DNA of 64,000 bases from Patescibacteria group bacterium. GTDB taxonomy: Bacteria > Patescibacteriota > UBA1384 > UBA12157 > JAENIV01. The notes under the pieces were generated by a model. It was not told the origin of the DNA. It was given only the letters and a program-made list of their open reading frames with translations, and did no database searches. Each line of letters starts with the position of its first letter. Position 1 is the stretch's first letter. Of this stretch, positions 38,028 to 48,370 are shown piece after piece. The translations under genes were made by a program, and so were the position numbers. The stretch spans positions 36,524 to 100,523 of the forward strand of contig JBEKTP010000002.1 in assembly GCA_049515915.1 (NCBI GenBank), read 5' to 3'.

Positions 38028-39749
38028 TTAAACTTCGATGATAACCGGAATAATCATTGGTTTACGTTCGGTTTCGGCGAAGAGAAAATCGCCGATTTCC
38101 TGGCGCAGCGACTTTTTAATATAATCCCAGTTGGCTGGATATTTTTCGTTATGACGGGCAAACATTTTTTTAACTTCTTGACGGGCTTTGTAAACCAAAT
38201 CTTCGCGCTCGCGCATGTAAATAAAGCCGCGCGAAATAATGTCCGGCGAAGTAATAATTTTACCGGTTTCGTGATCGACGGTTAAAATAACGACAAAAAT
38301 TCCGTCTTTGGCCATCGCCTGACGATCTCGAAGAACAATATTACCAACATCGCCAATCCCTAAGCCGTCCACTAAAACATAGGAAGCGTCGGCTTTTTCT
38401 TGAGAAAGTCGAGCCTTGCCATTTTGGATTTCTAAAATCTGACCATCTTCCATCACAAAGATATGATCTTCGGCAATCCCTAGCTCCTGGGCCAATCGGC
38501 CGTGCAAAACAAGATGCCGAAATTCGCCGTGAATGGGCATAAAATATTCCGGATGAACTGAACGAATAACTAAAGCTAGCTCATCACGTTTGGCGTGACC
38601 GGAAGAGTGAACTCTTTGAGATTCAGACCCGTAAAAGACATCCGCGCCGAGACGGAAAAGATTATTTAAATTATCTTGAACGGTTCGTTCATTGCCCGGA
38701 ATGGCGGAGGCGGAAATGACGACGGTATCGCCTTTTTTAATCTGGACCTGTTTATGTTCGCCGCTGGCCATCCGCGTTAAGGCCGAATATTCTTCGCCTT
38801 GAGAACCGGTGCAAAGAATCACGAGTTGATTGTCGGGAATGTGATTTAAGCGGCGGATATCCACCATAATATGGCGCGGCACTTTCAGATAGCCCAAATT
38901 CATGGCGATGTCGATGGCTTTATCCATCGAACGGCCCGAAACCGCCACTTTACGGTGAGCGCGCAAAGCGGCATTCAAAACTCCCTGAATACGATCAAGT
39001 GAGGAAGCAAAAGAGGTGACGACGATGCGGCCTTTGACCTTGCGAAAAATCGAGGTGATCGTATCATGAACAACGCTTTCCGAAATATGAGAGGTTTTAT
39101 ACTCGACATTGGTTGACTCCAAAAGTAAGAGCTTGACGTTCTGCTGACCGAGTTCTTTTAATCTCTCAATTACTAATCGAGTTTCTACCTTATTGGGGTC
39201 AAGGCGAAAGTCAGAAATATGGACGACTTTGCCTTCAGGAGTATCAATAATTAGACCAACGTCATCTAAGAAAGTGTGGGAAAAAGGCATAAATTCAATT
39301 TTAAAAACGCCTAACTGAATCTTGTCGCCTGGCTTGACGACCCGAATGTTGGGGGAAAGCTCATTTTCCTTCATTTTGGCGTCAATATAGCCGGCCGTCA
39401 GCTTCGTGCAATAAATCGGCGCTTGGATTTTCGGCCAAAGATAAGGAATCGCGCCGATGTGATCCTCGTGGCCGTGAGTAAAAATAATCCCTCGAATTTT
39501 ATTTTTTCTTTCTTCGAGATAAGAAATATTCGGAATAATATAATCAACGCCCAGCATTTCGCCGCGCGGGAACATAATGCCGACATCAACAATAATAATG
39601 TCGTCGCCGTATTCGTAGGCGGTCATATTCTTACCGATTTCGCCGTTACCGCCCAAAGGGATAACCCTCAATCGTGGTGTAAAGGCGCGGAAAATTTTGA
39701 TCGGTCGATTTTCCGTGTTGTTCTGGGGTAAAGTGGCAATGTTATTCAT
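38028..39749 (-). CDS. rnj: Ribonuclease J
   Basis: PLGGNGEIGKN, THGHEDHIG, GSQGE, HSSGHA, PIHGEFRH. Confidence 0.96.
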   Translation of the reverse strand: MNNIATLPQNNTENRPIKIFRAFTPRLRVIPLGGNGEIGKNMTAYEYGDDIIIVDVGIMFPRGEMLGVDYIIPNISYLEERKNKIRGIIFTHGHEDHIGAIPYLWPKIQAPIYCTKLTAGYIDAKMKENELSPNIRVVKPGDKIQLGVFKIEFMPFSHTFLDDVGLIIDTPEGKVVHISDFRLDPNKVETRLVIERLKELGQQNVKLLLLESTNVEYKTSHISESVVHDTITSIFRKVKGRIVVTSFASSLDRIQGVLNAALRAHRKVAVSGRSMDKAIDIAMNLGYLKVPRHIMVDIRRLNHIPDNQLVILCTGSQGEEYSALTRMASGEHKQVQIKKGDTVVISASAIPGNERTVQDNLNNLFRLGADVFYGSESQRVHSSGHAKRDELALVIRSVHPEYFMPIHGEFRHLVLHGRLAQELGIAEDHIFVMEDGQILEIQNGKARLSQEKADASYVLVDGLGIGDVGNIVLRDRQAMAKDGIFVVILTVDHETGKIITSPDIISRGFIYMREREDLVYKARQEVKKMFARHNEKYPANWDYIKKSLRQEIGDFLFAETERKPMIIPVIIEV

Positions 39750-39835
39750 TAAAACCTTTCAAGTTTTAGACAATCGAGATAAACCAGATAAACAAGTAGG
39801 CTTAGTTATCTGATTCTCTTGATTATCTCAGTTAT

Positions 39836-40402
39836 CTATTTTGCATCGATTTGACGCAAAATCTCTGGTATTTTTTTAAAGTCATCAATCATCGTATTTT
39901 TTAAGCTTTGCTGGTAAATGCCGGCGGCTGGGTGATACAAAAGCATGTAAACCTGACCGGCCTTTTTGTAAGCCTTGCCGTGAACCTCAGAGATTGATTT
40001 AATCTGAGGAAAAAATAATCTCATCGAGTGGCGGCCTAAAGTCACAATCAGTTTCGGCTTAATCAGCTTAATCTGATCGAAAAGATAATTACTGGTGCAA
40101 ACACCAACTTCTTCATCTAAAGGATCACGGTTGTTGGGCGGGCGGCATTTGACGACATTGGTAATAAAAACATCTTCCCTTTTGAAACCGGCCGCCGCGA
40201 GCATCTCATCTAAGAATTTACCGGCATCACCGACGAACGGCCGACCCATCTTATCTTCTGTTGAGCCGGGTCCTTCGCCGATAAAAAGAATTTGGGTCGA
40301 AGGATTGCCTTCGCCCGGCACGGCCTGAGTCCGCCCCCGATGAAGCGCGCATTTAGTGCATACCTTAACTTCTTGAGCGATTTCCTCTAACGTTCTCATC
40401 AA
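39836..40402 (-). CDS. udg: Uracil-DNA glycosylase family 4 (Fe-S)
   Basis: CTKCALH, FIGEGPG, PFVG, NVVKCRPP, YHPAA. Confidence 0.93.
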   Translation of the reverse strand: MMRTLEEIAQEVKVCTKCALHRGRTQAVPGEGNPSTQILFIGEGPGSTEDKMGRPFVGDAGKFLDEMLAAAGFKREDVFITNVVKCRPPNNRDPLDEEVGVCTSNYLFDQIKLIKPKLIVTLGRHSMRLFFPQIKSISEVHGKAYKKAGQVYMLLYHPAAGIYQQSLKNTMIDDFKKIPEILRQIDAK

Positions 40403-40532
40403 TCAAAAACTCCGTTTAGACCAATAGATGATTGGACAAATAGATGAAGATAGATTCAACTCTATTTCTCTAATAATCCATTAAACTCGCTAATCAGCGA
40501 TATTTTTTGAGATCCATTTCGATGTTGATTAT

Positions 40533-40561
40533 ATTATAGCACGAAATGGTTTTAATGTCAA
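40533..40561 (-). promoter_or_regulatory. Consensus sigma70 promoter for udg-rnj
   Basis: TTGACA-N17-TATAAT perfect match. Confidence 0.8.
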
Positions 40562-40637
40562 TGATGTTAAAAATGTTTTTTGGAAAGTGGAGCGCTGCCC
40601 TCGTCAGACGAGGGCAGCGCGTGGGGAAAGGCCGGCT

Positions 40638-40994
40638 TCACTTGACAGATTCTCGATGAGATTGCCACTGGATGTAGCCGGCGACCGACATGTAATTGGT
40701 GGCCTCCGTGAAAGGTACCAACTCGCCAACTGATACGAAACTCGCTCCGAGATCAGACGGTTTCCAGCCATTGACCGGATATATTGGCTGGAGCATGTAG
40801 CACTCCTTGACCTCAGCGTTGGTCCACCATGTCCCTGTGTTCTGGTGAACCCGCAATCGGAGATCACCTCCCAGCGACATGTAGTGAGACGCCGCCGTAA
40901 ACGGCTGGGCGGCCGGCGCGCATGGGTGTGTGGCCGCGTCAGCGACCGACACCACAATCACAAGAAGAACAACCAAAACAAGTACGACCCGCAT
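40638..40994 (-). CDS. Small secreted protein with an internally duplicated motif
   Basis: Signal peptide; PFTAASHYMSLGG and PFTEATNYMSVAG; AGGAGG RBS, promoter 41031-41059, hairpin ~40593-40620. Confidence 0.7.
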   Translation of the reverse strand: MRVVLVLVVLLVIVVSVADAATHPCAPAAQPFTAASHYMSLGGDLRLRVHQNTGTWWTNAEVKECYMLQPIYPVNGWKPSDLGASFVSVGELVPFTEATNYMSVAGYIQWQSHRESVK

Positions 40995-41122
40995 CGGGAT
41001 CCTCCTGGGTACAACGATATCCGACGGATAAATATATCATAACGCGACCTGTTTGTCAATCATAGACATCAAAAAACGCCCCAGAAACTGAAATAGTTTA
41101 AGCGTTTTTTGAGCTTACCAAA

Positions 41123-41998
41123 TTATTGGAAATCTAAAGTGACCGACTTCGTTCCGCCCGATGTAATGGTTATGGTATAGGGCAGCGGACTGCCGTTAAC
41201 TAACTTAAGATTATAGGAACCGCCCGTCACCGTCGAGACTACATTGCCGCCGGTGATTTGATATGTTCCAACCGGCAAAGACAATGATATTGTCACCGGA
41301 CCAGGTTGGTTGCCTGAATAACGACCAATCCCAGTAAATTGATGTTCGCCGCTCGGAGAAAGATTGAGATTGACCGTGCAGACGCCGCCGGCATGGACAG
41401 CCATACACGCCATATCTCTCACCCCGTTAGCCGTCACATACAGCGATCCGCTAAGTGTGCCAGTGCCTGTACCGCCCGTGCCGCCAGTAGTACCAGTTGG
41501 CTGGAGCGCGAAATTTTGCGTCACAATAGAACCATTAGCCGCCTTTGGCCAACTCGCCCCACTAACTGTTTGGGCTGTATAGCCAGTCGCCGAAGCCGTA
41601 ATATTATAGGTAAAGACAATGGTTTTTTTTGTCGCTCTGACCGAGAATGGTCCATATTTCACATTAACACTATAAGTTGTGCTGGTTATCAGATTGAGAC
41701 TGTATGAGCCGTTAGTACCAGTTTTTACGGACTCATTTGTACCACTATAAAGACTGGTACTATTTGTGCATTGTACGGCCACGCCGGCACCGCTAATCGG
41801 TTTTTCTGTTACCTTGTTAGTCACTATGCCAGAAAGAACAGCGGTCGTACTGGAAACGCCCGGGCTAAGCGTTTGAGCCGAACTTACAATCGAGCCGTTG
41901 GCATAAGCCCACATGAAAGTCCCGACGGCCACCACAAAAACGCCGCCCAAAGTCCACAAGAGTGTTCTTGTTCTTTTGTTTTGAAGCCAATGATCCAT
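41123..41998 (-). CDS. Membrane-anchored protein with carboxypeptidase-regulatory-like (Cna-B/Ig) domain
   Basis: LSGIVTNKVTEKPISGAGV..TGTNGSYSL..ASATGY; Thr/Gly-rich linker. Confidence 0.7.
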   Translation of the reverse strand: MDHWLQNKRTRTLLWTLGGVFVVAVGTFMWAYANGSIVSSAQTLSPGVSSTTAVLSGIVTNKVTEKPISGAGVAVQCTNSTSLYSGTNESVKTGTNGSYSLNLITSTTYSVNVKYGPFSVRATKKTIVFTYNITASATGYTAQTVSGASWPKAANGSIVTQNFALQPTGTTGGTGGTGTGTLSGSLYVTANGVRDMACMAVHAGGVCTVNLNLSPSGEHQFTGIGRYSGNQPGPVTISLSLPVGTYQITGGNVVSTVTGGSYNLKLVNGSPLPYTITITSGGTKSVTLDFQ

Positions 41999-42079
41999 TT
42001 TTCGCCTCCTTAAGAAACATTACCAAAAGATAATTCCTCTTGGATTACACATTTATTATGAATCGATGCCTTACCAATG

Positions 42080-42853
42080 TCAAATTTGAATCGCTAGAAG
42101 ATCTTTCGCCAAAATTACTTCGCCCTTGAAATATTTTTTGGCATCGGCTTTTGGGTTGTACTTTTGTAAATAAACCGGCGCTATGTGGGTGATGACCAGC
42201 TTTTTGACCCCATTTTCAGCGGCGAATTTCCCCGCCCGTGTGCCAGTAAAATGGGTTTTGGGATTAACTTCATCTGGCCAAGCGGCCTCGACAATAGCCA
42301 AATCAGCGTTCGCTATCGCCTTGGCCAATCCTTCTGATTCAACGCTGTCACCGGAATAAGCAAAGATTTTATTTTCTGATTCTAAACGATAACAAAACGC
42401 TTTAATATCAAGATTATGTTTAGCCAAAAATGACGAGACTTTAGTCTTATCGATTTCGATTCTTTCGCTGGCTGATAATTCTTTAATTTCCAGATTCTTA
42501 AGTTCTGGATTTTCGCCGATTATATCGACTATCTTTTTGATATTTTCTGATGTACTCGCTGGCCCAAAAATCTTCAAGGGTTTTTGGCGAACCGGCCACA
42601 AACCATGATCAGCCGGCGGCGAAATGGTGACCTGAAGTAAAGCGATTAAATCATTGATATGGTCGCCGTGCCAGTGAGAAATAAAAACCGCGTCAATTTG
42701 GTTGACATGGACTCCGATTTTTAAGAGTTGATCAACTGCCCCTCGTCCAAAATCAAAACAGAGATTTTGGCCATTTGTTTGAACCAAATATGTCGCCGAA
42801 TGTCTCTCCAACTCCGGTTGATAAGTTCCGCTACCCAATATTGTCAATTTCAT
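42080..42853 (-). CDS. MBL-fold metallohydrolase, RNase Z/BN-like
   Basis: ILGSGT, DFGRG, SHWHGDH, YSGDS, ITHI. Confidence 0.85.
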   Translation of the reverse strand: MKLTILGSGTYQPELERHSATYLVQTNGQNLCFDFGRGAVDQLLKIGVHVNQIDAVFISHWHGDHINDLIALLQVTISPPADHGLWPVRQKPLKIFGPASTSENIKKIVDIIGENPELKNLEIKELSASERIEIDKTKVSSFLAKHNLDIKAFCYRLESENKIFAYSGDSVESEGLAKAIANADLAIVEAAWPDEVNPKTHFTGTRAGKFAAENGVKKLVITHIAPVYLQKYNPKADAKKYFKGEVILAKDLLAIQI

Positions 42854-42990
42854 ATGGTTCCTTAATTTTGCCAAGCACGCTATTTGAGATTTGTAAAGTA
42901 CGATAATTAAAATTTAAACTTTAATTATATCTTTACATTATTTTTAAACTTTGTTAAGCTCTGGCTAATTCCGCCACGGGAGAAAAAGCC

Positions 42991-43365
42991 ATGGCTTCTT
43001 TAGTCTCACGCGAGGACTACGAGCGTAGGGAGCTGGCTTCGGCCGCCGCCCTCGAGCTGGACAAAATCAGACTGGGTCAACTCGGCCAGATAAGAGGAAG
43101 CGTCGAGAAACTGGTCGCCTGGTTCGAAGAGAACTTCCGATCAGTCAGCCTGATCGAGCCAACCCAGACAGAATGTCTGTGGAAGGTCCTGACGAAGACA
43201 GGATATCTTTCGGAGAATGTCCAACAGATCGCTGATTTGATTGAGGCTGTTGGGCAAATCCAAATCATCCTGCGCGGGATCATCGCCGAACCCGTTTCCG
43301 CGCGGAAATCCATCCCCACGATCGAGAAGATGCGCGACTTCTGCCTCGCCCTCTGCCGCGCCTGA
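42991..43365 (+). CDS. Hypothetical protein
   Basis: Promoter TTTACA-N17-TAAGCT, GGGAG RBS, hairpin ~43405-43438. Confidence 0.65.
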   Translation: MASLVSREDYERRELASAAALELDKIRLGQLGQIRGSVEKLVAWFEENFRSVSLIEPTQTECLWKVLTKTGYLSENVQQIADLIEAVGQIQIILRGIIAEPVSARKSIPTIEKMRDFCLALCRA

Positions 43366-43484
43366 CCGGCTAGGATTAGTATCTATTTTTGCATCGCCGA
43401 CCCAAAAGAGCCCTTGGCTTTCGCCTCGGGCTCTTTTTCGTATTATCTTTTTGTATTTTTGTACGATTTTGTAGTTCGTAGTCG

Positions 43485-45590
43485 TTATTCTTTGGCCGCT
43501 TTAATCGATAGCGAAACTCTTCCCCGCTCTTTATCGACTTCCATCACTTTCACTTTCACAATATCGCCAATCTTTAACTTATCCGATACTTTTTCGATTC
43601 GTTCCGGCGCAATTTGGGAAATATGGACCATCCCGTCTTTATTCGGCAGAATCTGAACAATGGCGCCAATTTCATTGCCGCGCATTCTATCTTTAAGAAT
43701 TGAGGTCACTGGACCTTCATAAATATTGCCGACCACCGCTTCTTGCGTCATCCCATCAATATAATCCATGGCTTTTTTGCTCATCACCGAATCAGTGGAG
43801 GCCACCGTCACCGTGCCGTCATCGTCAATATCGATACTGGTGATTTCTTTGCCGCCGCAATCTTCAATCAGTTTTCGGATATTTTTGCCGCCCGGACCGA
43901 TGATTTCGCCAATTTTATCAACCGCAATATGCAACGTTTGAATTCGCGGCGCAAACTTGGAAAGTTCTTTCTTCGGTTCTCTAATAATACCGGTGATTTT
44001 TTCGAGCAAAAAGTCGTTGGCCACGCGGGCTTTTTCGATTGCCTCGATTAAAATCTCGATAGCAATCCCTTTGAGTTTGGTATCGAGCTGAATGGCGGTA
44101 ATGCCTTTTTGGGTGGCCGTGATTTTGAAATCCATATCGCCGGCAAAGTCTTCAATGCCTTGGATGTCAGTAAGAATTTTGTGCTTTTTGCCGTCTTCCG
44201 AAGTAATCAAGCCCATGGCGATGCCAGAAACCGGCGCCGAAATGGGTACGCCCGCGTCCATCAACGCCAAGGTCGAGCCGCAAGTTGAAGCCATCGAAGA
44301 CGAACCGTTGGATGAGAGAACTTCTGAAACCACCCGAACGGTATATGGAAAGTCTTCTCGCGATGGAATCACTGGCAGCAAGGCTCGCTCCGCCAAAGCG
44401 CCGTGACCGATCTCGCGACGGGAAACCGAACGCATCGGCCGGACTTCGCCCGTTGAAAACGGCGGAAAGTTGTAGTGATGCATATATCGCTTGGTGCCTT
44501 CTTCTTCCATTGTTTCGATCGTCTGTTCCATCCCTGGCGAACCTAAGGTGACGATCGATAACACTTGAGTTTGGCCGCGGGTGAACAAGCCCGAACCATG
44601 GGTTCGCGGCAGTAAGCCGACTTCCATCGAAATGGGGCGGATTTCATCGAGCTTGCGACCATCGGGACGCAATTCCTTCGCCAAAATCGCCTGGCGGACT
44701 TCTTTCTCGAGGATTTTGCCGAACGCTTCCTTCAGTTCGATTTGTTTATAATTTCCTTCAAAATTTTCCAACACTTCTTTTTCAAAAGCCGAGATTTGCT
44801 CTTCGCGCTTTTGTTTGTCGATTTCAGAGACGACTGGACCCAATTTTTCGCCAAGATATTTTTTGACTTCGGCGACGATTTCCGATTCGCCAGGCTGTTT
44901 GGCAGTTTGTTTAGTTTCGGAAGCCAGCTCTTTTTGAATTTCAAGACCGGCTTGCAAAGCGGCATGGCCGAATTTAATCGCTTCACCCATTATTTTTTCG
45001 TCGATTTCTTTCGCCCCCGCTTCGAGCATCATGACTTTATCTTTAGTACCAGCCACCACTAAATCGAGAGTGGTTTTTTCAAGCTGGTCGTGGGTCGGAT
45101 TGACAACGAAATTGCCGTCAATTTGGCCGACGCGGACAGCTGAAACCGGCCCTTCAAACGGTGCCGCCGACTGCATCAACGCCGCCGAGGCGGCAATGAT
45201 TGAGACAACGTCAGGATCGTTTTCGTTATCGTAAGACAAAACGGTGATGACGACTTGAACATCATTCTTATAGCCCTTGGGGAAGAGTGGTCGAATCGGG
45301 CGGTCGATTAAGCGGCAAGCCAAAATGGCTGCATCGGACGGGCGGCCTTCGCGTTTAATAAAGCGCGAGCCAGAGATTTTACCAGCGGCATACAAACGTT
45401 CTTCATAATCAATTAATAAAGGGAAGAAATCGACATCTTCGCGCGGTTCTTCGGTACAAACGGCGGTGGCCAAAACAACCGTGTCGCCATAGCGGACGGT
45501 CACTGAGCCCGAAGCCAGAGAAGCCAATTTCCCGGTTTCGATAATCAGCTCTTTTTCACCAAGAGTGGTTTTGAATTCTTTTTTCATCAT
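43485..45590 (-). CDS. pnp: Polyribonucleotide nucleotidyltransferase
   Basis: DRPIRPLFP, RREIGHGALAE, SNGSSSMAS, GDMDFK, KH and S1. Confidence 0.97.
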   Translation of the reverse strand: MMKKEFKTTLGEKELIIETGKLASLASGSVTVRYGDTVVLATAVCTEEPREDVDFFPLLIDYEERLYAAGKISGSRFIKREGRPSDAAILACRLIDRPIRPLFPKGYKNDVQVVITVLSYDNENDPDVVSIIAASAALMQSAAPFEGPVSAVRVGQIDGNFVVNPTHDQLEKTTLDLVVAGTKDKVMMLEAGAKEIDEKIMGEAIKFGHAALQAGLEIQKELASETKQTAKQPGESEIVAEVKKYLGEKLGPVVSEIDKQKREEQISAFEKEVLENFEGNYKQIELKEAFGKILEKEVRQAILAKELRPDGRKLDEIRPISMEVGLLPRTHGSGLFTRGQTQVLSIVTLGSPGMEQTIETMEEEGTKRYMHHYNFPPFSTGEVRPMRSVSRREIGHGALAERALLPVIPSREDFPYTVRVVSEVLSSNGSSSMASTCGSTLALMDAGVPISAPVSGIAMGLITSEDGKKHKILTDIQGIEDFAGDMDFKITATQKGITAIQLDTKLKGIAIEILIEAIEKARVANDFLLEKITGIIREPKKELSKFAPRIQTLHIAVDKIGEIIGPGGKNIRKLIEDCGGKEITSIDIDDDGTVTVASTDSVMSKKAMDYIDGMTQEAVVGNIYEGPVTSILKDRMRGNEIGAIVQILPNKDGMVHISQIAPERIEKVSDKLKIGDIVKVKVMEVDKERGRVSLSIKAAKE

Positions 45591-45678
45591 TCATTCTAGG
45601 CACGAGTTCGTAGAACAAGTAGCGATACAAAATAACTTTTGTATCATTATCTGCCCTACTGGTCGCGCATAATTTAAT

Positions 45679-45933
45679 TTATTTTTTAAGGCTTAAATCC
45701 TTGATTAATTTATCGTAGATTTTCGGGTCGCTTTTTCTTAAATAATTCAGCAAGCGGCGGCGTTTACCCACCATAATCAGCAAGCCCCGGCGGGAATCGG
45801 AATCTTTAGCGTGCTTTTTTAGATGTTTAGCTAAATCGGCAATTTTTTCGGTTAGCAAAACTACTTGAACATCGGCCGAACCAGTATCTTTTTTATGGGT
45901 TTGGTATTTTTTAATTAATTCAGTCGTTGTCAT
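45679..45933 (-). CDS. rpsO: 30S ribosomal protein S15
   Basis: DTGSADVQV..LT..HLKKH.KD..SRRGLL.MVGKRRRLLNYL. Confidence 0.96.
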   Translation of the reverse strand: MTTTELIKKYQTHKKDTGSADVQVVLLTEKIADLAKHLKKHAKDSDSRRGLLIMVGKRRRLLNYLRKSDPKIYDKLIKDLSLKK

Positions 45934-46041
45934 TAATATTTTCCCTGATGTTAATTTAGCACATTTTTTGCCAAAAGGCAAGATAATTTCTCATTACTAA
46001 TTAAGAATTGGAGCAGGGAAAATTATTTAGAAATTAGAAAT

Positions 46042-47196
46042 TTACCCCGTTTTTCGGTTTTGATAATGCCGGAGCTTCGCCAAAATTTCTTCCTCATGTA
46101 AAGCTAAAGTGGCGTCAGGCAACTGAAACGCGGCCGCCGCTTCATGACCACCACCGCCGAATAGCTTCGCCATGACCGAGACATCAACTCCCTGACCGAT
46201 CGCGCGTAACGAGCCATGTAAACCTTCCTGATGTTCGGCCAACAAAAGCGCGAAATCCACATCCGGAGCACTCTTTAAAAGTTCATCAATAACGCCACTG
46301 GTTTCCGACTCCGTTGCACCCGTTTCGACAAAATCGTCTTTTTTAACTTTGGCCCAAATAAACCGGTGCTCTAAATCCGGCTCGATCGATTCCAAAACTT
46401 TTCCCCAAAGCTTCAAAGTGGACAAAGGTTTAGTCTTAAAGATATGGCGGATAATTTCTTGTTGTCGGGCCCCCGCCGCCACCAATTGCGCCGCCACTGT
46501 CAGTGACTTTGGAGTGGTGTTAGCATTCTGGAAACTGCCGGTGTCCGTGATAATACCAGTGAGTAAAGCCGTGGCGATATCCTCATCGAGCAACGGTTTT
46601 TCCCGCGCCAGTGACTCCATCAAAGAAACCAGGATTTCAGAGGTGGAGGTGGCCGTCAAATCCACCCAGTTGATTTTACCAAAGAAATCATTGCCCGAAT
46701 GATGATCGATATTGACGACCGGCGTTTCGTAAAACAACGAAGTTTGCCCTTCGTACAAGGGACCCAGCCGCTCGAGATCTGGCGAATCTAAAACGATAAT
46801 GAGGTCGTATTTAAAGGCACCGTAAGTGAAGCTAACATCTTCATTTTTAAATGTTCCGGACGAGGGCGTAACAACAATATTGAGCTTATTTTCCTCGGGA
46901 ATGTGTTTATAGCCCAACCGATCAACTTTGGTTTTGGCCGTGTTAATGGTGATGACAAAATCCTTGGTGCCAGAAAAAGACTTGGTCAACTCCGTAATAT
47001 TTGGCAAAAATCCTAAAGCGACCGGCGGTTGTTCGGGCGCTACCGCCGTCACGTCTTTACCCAGCTTTTTTAAAACCAAAGACAATGCTAAAAGAGAACC
47101 AAGCGCGTCGCCATCGGGATTAACATGAGTCAGGACCAAAATTCGCTCGGCACTTTTAATTTGTTCAGTTGTTTGTTGCTTGGGAGTCAGTTCCAT
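46042..47196 (-). CDS. DHH/DHHA1 phosphoesterase (NrnA-like)
   Basis: HVNPDGDALGS, NIDHH, TDTGSF, GGGHEAAA. Confidence 0.9.
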   Translation of the reverse strand: MELTPKQQTTEQIKSAERILVLTHVNPDGDALGSLLALSLVLKKLGKDVTAVAPEQPPVALGFLPNITELTKSFSGTKDFVITINTAKTKVDRLGYKHIPEENKLNIVVTPSSGTFKNEDVSFTYGAFKYDLIIVLDSPDLERLGPLYEGQTSLFYETPVVNIDHHSGNDFFGKINWVDLTATSTSEILVSLMESLAREKPLLDEDIATALLTGIITDTGSFQNANTTPKSLTVAAQLVAAGARQQEIIRHIFKTKPLSTLKLWGKVLESIEPDLEHRFIWAKVKKDDFVETGATESETSGVIDELLKSAPDVDFALLLAEHQEGLHGSLRAIGQGVDVSVMAKLFGGGGHEAAAAFQLPDATLALHEEEILAKLRHYQNRKTG

Positions 47197-47367
47197 TTTT
47201 GATCAATAATCGTTTTTAATAGCTTTTAATGATAGCAAATCATCAGATGTCATGTCAAGAGTCGAGAGGATAAATTACCCGGATGTTTACAACTCATCGC
47301 TAATCTGATAAAATCAAATAGAATCTACAAGTTAGAATGCTTTGTCATTCTCAATTTTAGGAGAACA

Positions 47368-47679
47368 ATGCCTATTACTAAATCTGCTAAAAAATCACTC
47401 AAGGTTTCGGAGATCAAACGGGAGCACAATAAGGTGCTTAAAATCGAATTGGAAAAAGCCATCAAAAAGGTTTCGGCTTCGAATATTAATGAAGTTATTT
47501 CTAAAATCGACAAAGCGGCCAAAGTCAAGATCATTTCCAAAAACAAAGCCGCTCGAATAAAATCAGCTTTGAGTAAAAAATTCGGCACACCGAAAAACGT
47601 TAAAGTTAAAAGCGAAAAAGTCAATGCCCCAACCAAAATGAAAAAAGGAGCGGTCAAAAATTCCTCTCCTAAAAAATAA
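47368..47679 (+). CDS. rpsT: 30S ribosomal protein S20
   Basis: MPITKSAKK..IDKAAK..ISKNKAARIKS; Lys-rich C-tail. Confidence 0.93.
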   Translation: MPITKSAKKSLKVSEIKREHNKVLKIELEKAIKKVSASNINEVISKIDKAAKVKIISKNKAARIKSALSKKFGTPKNVKVKSEKVNAPTKMKKGAVKNSSPKK

Positions 47680-47743
47680 TCGTCCTTTTTCTAGTTACCG
47701 TTTTTAGTTTTGCGTTTTTTAGTTTTAAATTTTCTTTAGGAGG

Positions 47744-48325
47744 GTGATGAATTCCAAACCGGCCAAGACCAATCTCTCCACTATCCAGAAACTTATTTAT
47801 GGGACGGGCTGTTTTTATGAGCTCACTAAATGGATTATCATTATTTTAGTCATCGGTATTTTAATCCATTTTTTTGTCGGTACTCTCTTTATTGTCGACG
47901 GCGCGAGTATGGAACCCAACTTTCATTCCGGCGAATATATCGTCGTTGACCGCTGGCAGTATAATTTTGGTAAACCGGCTCGCGGCGATGTGGTCGTCCT
48001 GCGTTTTCCGGGTGATCCGCAACAAACCAAATACATCAAAAGAGTCATCGGCTTGCCGGGCGAGAAAATTGAGATTTGGCACGGCTCCATTTACATCAAC
48101 GGCAAAATCCTCAACGAATCTTATATTCCAGCTGATGTTAAAACGCTGCCCGATTCAACGCGGCAATTACAGTCGGACGATTATTTTCTCTTAGGCGATA
48201 ACCGGGACAATTCTTCCGACTCAAGAATTTGGGGCGTTTGCCCCAAAAGAGATCTAATTGGCAAAGCCTGGTTAGTTTTATATCCGTTCTCAGACAAAGG
48301 CTTAGTACCAATAGCAAAGTACTAA
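47744..48325 (+). CDS. lepB: Signal peptidase I
   Basis: GASMEPN, YIKRVIGLPG, GDNRDNSSDSR. Confidence 0.95.
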   Translation: MMNSKPAKTNLSTIQKLIYGTGCFYELTKWIIIILVIGILIHFFVGTLFIVDGASMEPNFHSGEYIVVDRWQYNFGKPARGDVVVLRFPGDPQQTKYIKRVIGLPGEKIEIWHGSIYINGKILNESYIPADVKTLPDSTRQLQSDDYFLLGDNRDNSSDSRIWGVCPKRDLIGKAWLVLYPFSDKGLVPIAKY

Positions 48326-48370
48326 AAAATCACGTTTTATGCTCCAGAGGTAACAACTCAAACTGAAACA

